A stretch of DNA of 64,000 nt from an uncultured Oscillospiraceae bacterium (lineage in GTDB: Bacteria; Bacillota; Clostridia; Christensenellales; Aristaeellaceae). The notes under the pieces were generated by a model, which saw only the letters and a program-made list of their open reading frames with translations, did no database searches and was not told where the DNA came from. Below are positions 62,101 to 64,000 of the stretch, in pieces (position 1 is the first letter of the stretch; the number at the start of each line of letters is the position of its first letter). A program made the position numbers and the translations under genes. The DNA lies in assembly GCA_964423675.1 (NCBI GenBank), contig CAYRFP010000002.1:8728-72727 (forward strand), read 5' to 3'.

Positions 62101-63566
62101 GTAAAGCGCCGCTGACCGCCATCCCAGCGACGGTTGCGATGCAGATAGAAAAAGCCTCCGCCATATTGGTCGTTCAGCGCCTCAATGGCTGCGGATGCGG
62201 CAGAAAGGATTTCCTGATCCTCTGGCTGATTCTGAGCGGCGCTGTCAGCAAAATCACCCAGAAGCATAAAGTCCAGATGCGCTTCCGGACTGGCGCAGCG
62301 GAGAATGGAAAGCTGCCTGGCCATATGCAGCGCATGCTTGCGGGAAAGCAGCAGGGTAGGCACCACAATCAGCGTTCGTTGGGCAGGGGACAGAGAACGA
62401 AGATGCAGCCGGGGCAGCATCCGCGCCGGGCAGCGGCGGCGCAAAAAGGCATAAACGACGCGCCGGCTTACTTCCGAACTGCAAAGAAGAACGCCTGGCA
62501 GCGCATAAAGCGGTGCGTTCAGCCCGAGCGTTAGGGCGGAGAGAACGGCGGTCAGCAAGAAAATGCTTCCAACAAACGGGCCCATAGCATGCCGAGAAAG
62601 GAAGCCGGGCTTTCGGCCAAGCAGATAGGCGGCGATTTGCGCGGGCTGTTCGATCAGATAATAGCCGCATTGCCTCTTGGTCCCCTTTTCATTTTCCCGC
62701 AGCGCCATGGCTGCCCGAGCCACCGCTGCTTCACTGACCCGCAGCCGCCGCGCTAAAAAGCAGACGCGGGCAACGTAATAGCTCCGGCTGGGCTCATCCA
62801 TGCGTTGATAGGTTGTTTCCTGGCGAAGAACGGCGCTGATGGGGCTGAGTCGTTCGATGATTCGTGAAAAGGGGATTCGTTCCAGCGCATGCAGGGAGGA
62901 AAGAATGGCCCCGGCTTCTTGCCCCTGGCGCGTAAGTTCTTCATGATTTTCTTCCAACATCTTCCGTGCGCCTATGCCGCTCTTTTCCAGCAGTTCATCC
63001 ATGTGCCGCAGAGATTCGGGATTTTCCTGGGCGGAAAGGCGGGCGATGATGGCGGAAAGCAGAGCGGGGTCGCCAGGCAGGGCCAAGCCTTTCTCCTGCT
63101 CCATTTTCTGAATCCATCGGTTTGCCTGCCGCCGCAGCTGCGCTTGATGGACGCAGGAAAGGAGAATTGGCGAAAGCCGATCCAGCAGGGCGCAGGAAAG
63201 CGCATCCCGCAAAAGGCAGAGTTCCTGCTGCGTAGGCTCTTTATCGCCAAAAAAGGCCCGGCTTACCCGCAAAATCGCTGCCGCAGAAATCTGGTTTCCG
63301 CTTTCCTGGCAGATTTCCTCGCTCAGCCGCAGCACTCGAGGCCGCCGGTTTTCGCCGGGGATGCGGGGTGCTTTCCGCAGCGCGTCTTGTAGGCGTGCTG
63401 TTTCCTGAAGAAGAAAGCGGGCGTGATCCTCAATCCATGCGCCGGCGGGGGATAGATCATCCCGGGGAAGTTGCCGGCAGGCAGCCAGCGCCTGGCGGAT
63501 GCGCCGCTGAATCCTTGCGGGAGCGGACAGGGAAACAAGGGAGAAAACGGATGAAATTTGATCCAT
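56169..63566 (-). CDS. Cyclic beta-1,2-glucan synthase (Cgs/NdvB/ChvB)-like multidomain protein: glycosyltransferase + central glucan-processing domain + C-terminal GH94-type phosphorylase
   Basis: The start is reset to ATG 63566 (SD GGAGG, 6 nt); the track start at 63587 is TTG. The protein is ~2465 aa. The GT module shows VVPTLL...ITLDADTFLP...LSHDLIEGE...HRWTRGDWQL. TM clusters are present. The central block reads TSPTNIGLYLLS...STVDSGNLAG. The C-terminal GH94-like block reads FGFRDQLQD...GGGDWNDGMN...GGWSWYTGSAAW. Confidence 0.85.
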   Translation of the reverse strand: MDQISSVFSLVSLSAPARIQRRIRQALAACRQLPRDDLSPAGAWIEDHARFLLQETARLQDALRKAPRIPGENRRPRVLRLSEEICQESGNQISAAAILRVSRAFFGDKEPTQQELCLLRDALSCALLDRLSPILLSCVHQAQLRRQANRWIQKMEQEKGLALPGDPALLSAIIARLSAQENPESLRHMDELLEKSGIGARKMLEENHEELTRQGQEAGAILSSLHALERIPFSRIIERLSPISAVLRQETTYQRMDEPSRSYYVARVCFLARRLRVSEAAVARAAMALRENEKGTKRQCGYYLIEQPAQIAAYLLGRKPGFLSRHAMGPFVGSIFLLTAVLSALTLGLNAPLYALPGVLLCSSEVSRRVVYAFLRRRCPARMLPRLHLRSLSPAQRTLIVVPTLLLSRKHALHMARQLSILRCASPEAHLDFMLLGDFADSAAQNQPEDQEILSAASAAIEALNDQYGGGFFYLHRNRRWDGGQRRFTGRERKRGALEALNQLLLGQECTDSFCHASCDLRFLRERYAYVITLDADTFLPPGAALSLIGAMDHPLQKGRVGIIQPRMEIAPDTVRTRVQRLLGGLGGADPYHLSVQDVYQDVFGRGSFVGKGIYQPAYWMSKMAGRMPAGRLLSHDLIEGEIAGSALAEDIVFYDGHPARLPGWQKRLHRWTRGDWQLLPFLQDGRLSLLSRFKIYDNLRRSLVPLAQTALMLLGAGLDQPLLFLLGLPWPIRGMGLRLLLLPAKAYTLLDGILRALYRQFISHQGLLSWVTAAQAEAGGNYPFPCVLLQIGAGTGLIALALLPNGFLPAVFVGIWWVLCPLIARHLDAPDRQEPGLTPAQRDEARSLARKTWQFFADQVTAEHHFLPPDNVQLEPDKGATCRTSPTNIGLYLLSCVAARELGLITTAQMAARLADTLDTLESMKTWHGHFCNWYDTKTLAPLQPLFLSTVDSGNLAGCLLCCAQACRQRLAEMDATFRSLPSRLDALAAAMDFSVLYDGETDLFSIGMDVSAHRLASAHYDLLASEARLASFIAVMKGQVPRKHWQRLNRAVVRAGGGAALLSWGGTLFEYLMPPLLLPLIPGTLLHEGCMRAIKAQISAAGHRPFGISESGYYAFDPELYYQYKAFGLPALALSGDTAGNVVAPYASMLAFPFVPRAAGSNLAHMHRLGWMDGHGLFEAADFSPQRVGKGPRLVHSHMAHHQGMILCAVCNALTDFSLVRQFMAAPQAQAQADLLWEKAPSLPHRQITLPQFREERETSSSPARAARPGLPLDAHALFGGGTTWLLSASGHGYLRHQGVMITRFFPAADQLSGPQFYLREEKNGAFFRLAAQAQATFEPGQVLFRASAFGLNAQLQCCVEPLTGVALAALTLENPGSEECTIEACSFLEIAQGDQAADAAHPNFRDLSVQIEAMGANGLLSRRLPRDEKDQTPFICHVVAGDVAALRRQGDRLLFLGRNGSYAHPAQMQIDFDSAECRLGDVVAPCLSLRCMLRLPAKGTTRVYFFTAVRAREDEFSSLSLTPDFARSAFSLAATQAHMSLRFLHLDARMLSLYQQMLGCLCFSGQPHSCALPSAPPDALWRFGIPGVLPVLLVRLHGADKPLIRHALRAHSWMRAQGIWTDLIFACQEESGYARPLHDAVSSLLSVSPNRDLQGADGGVHVLTCTEAEAEALESRAQLTLRSGLALSAQLSALRQALPSSEAAPLAQPIPIAPPPLMLDNGFGGLTEERDYAVYTPPPAPWHNILTNGLFGTVVCESGILHSFGENSRLAPATCPPPDVHRPRPAEEIYLRDEDGQFYPLCRPTAIHAPGVTVYQTKSGAVYAEVAVCCPVDMPCGVRIVTLRSEGKRKLRLYYTVRFGVGEQPGFTRCRAAGSLVFAQSGNSSLAFAAMDGAQAQTICPALCYGFSEELPPCLPPAGSANGSMGLWQRDLILSPHEPCQMLLVLGIAQNPSNAQALFQQLIAQSGGEILRSVRSHWTQRLSGLQLYAADTALEAVLNRWLPYQALAARLLARTGPYQSGGAFGFRDQLQDLLVLLYTDPAFARAHILRCAAHQFPEGDVQHWWHAPRRGVRTRISDDKLFLPYLTALYTRITGDLSILSVPVSYLASAPLETGEDDRYEDPAPTAWEEPLLQHCLRAIDSVALGSHGLPLMGGGDWNDGMNRIGGRRGESVWLGFFLALVLKEFVPLCPREEQARLSALRHQLLENAENAWTGQWYLRAWNDAGEPIGGPDTCPPRIDLISQAFAILAGAPRDHARSALTEAVRLLYDREHQIVRLLAPPFAPQEGAGYIGAYLPGVRENGGQYTHAAPWLLSALCKAGETEKAWEIARALLPLSHGATSEQISVYRLEPYVLAGDVYAGQNIGRGGWSWYTGSAAWLYFVIFTQLLGFEKRGNQARLSPYPAPEQEEYTVVYRFGSSEYHFTAASDVVFPTLDGEKLDGGWVTLLDDGRIHACRYPFKR

Positions 63567-63708
63567 GGGCTGCCTCCGTTGCTGCAAAAGATGGGGTGTT
63601 TGGGTAGTTTGCGCAGAAAACGGAAATAAAAAACTGGAAATTTTGCAAAGGCCATGCTATAATAAATATATAGAACGGCCCATGGCCCATCGAAAGCGAG
63701 GGGAAGGC

Positions 63709-64000
63709 ATGTGGTATAAGCCTCCGGATGCGGCCGCACGGGAACAATTTCATCAGGGTTTATCGGATTGCGCGTATGAATTTTTGGGCGCGCATCCTGT
63801 GCGGCAGGATAAAAAAATGTATTGGCATTTTTCGGTTTGGGCGCCCAATGCCCGGCAGGTTAGCGTGACTGGCGAATTTTGTTTTTGGGATCGTCAGGCG
63901 TATCCGATGAAGAAGCAATACGATGGCATTTGGGAATTACGGCTGCCGGATCGGCTGTTTACAGTGAACATGGAAAACAAAGCGCAGTTTTCTTACCCCG
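63709..64000 (+). CDS. glgB: 1,4-alpha-glucan branching enzyme GlgB, N-terminal fragment (runs off the right edge)
   Basis: My own translation from ATG 63709 gives MWYKPPDAAAREQFHQGLSDCAYEFLGAHPVRQDKKMYWHFSVWAPNARQVSVTGEFCFWDRQAYPMKKQYDGIWELRLPD... This matches the GlgB N-terminal pattern (YEFLGAH...F.VWAPNA..VSV.G.FN.W....PM.....GIWE..IP). Confidence 0.8.
   Translation, partial: MWYKPPDAAAREQFHQGLSDCAYEFLGAHPVRQDKKMYWHFSVWAPNARQVSVTGEFCFWDRQAYPMKKQYDGIWELRLPDRLFTVNMENKAQFSYP

Noticed and set aside
1-64000. CRISPR arrays, rRNA/tRNA genes, IS elements, integrases, prophage or toxin-antitoxin/defence islands.
   Set aside because: I found no direct-repeat/spacer periodicity, no transposase-, integrase- or recombinase-like ORFs and no terminal inverted repeats flanking any block. 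All sizeable ORFs are accounted for by housekeeping families. Apart from the 15.8-16.3 kb and 28.9-29.7 kb patches, composition looks uniform by eye.

Overview
This is a GC-rich chromosomal segment from a monoderm, Clostridia-type endospore-former. The lineage call rests on PolC, spoIIGA-sigE, a gerA-type operon and rplU-prp-rpmA. Almost all of the window is densely packed core housekeeping.

Gene order, left to right:
- an edge fragment of an FAD-dependent protein, then rimO, a SecD-like protein, recJ and rel
- a ~500-bp hairpin-rich gap
- a P/Q-rich membrane protein, then yggS-sepF-yggT-divIVA
- ROK kinase, tatD, dusB
- sdaAB/sdaAA
- a heterodimeric ABC exporter
- a glycerol-1-phosphate-dehydrogenase-like gene
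- spoIIGA-sigE
- gerXA-XB-XC
- a small NrdD-type glycyl-radical-domain ORF
- a frameshifted hypothetical gene
- a copZ-like gene, then polC
- ispG-rseP-dxr-cdsA-uppS-(small ORF)-frr
- a CDF transporter
- a TetM/EF-G-family GTPase fused to a Rae1/YacP-type NYN nuclease domain
- rplU-prp-rpmA
- a tandem GNAT
- L,D-transpeptidase, S41 peptidase, VanW
- an 8-gene shikimate/chorismate operon
- a ~2465-aa cyclic-beta-1,2-glucan-synthase-like giant
- the start of glgB

I recognised no rRNA, tRNA, CRISPR array or mobile element.

Most interesting findings:
- the GTPase-NYN fusion, a candidate ribosome-targeted nuclease
- the Cgs-like giant in a monoderm
- the stand-alone NrdD-like glycyl-radical domain
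- three apparent coding lesions: an ispG frameshift, an in-frame TAG truncating sigE at a conserved Lys position, and an A7 homopolymer frameshift. These are either gene decay or assembly errors.
- the unexplained structured intergenic region after rel

The ORF track reports non-ATG starts as M, and many long ORFs in it are antisense shadows typical of GC-rich DNA. I re-derived several start codons from Shine-Dalgarno spacing.
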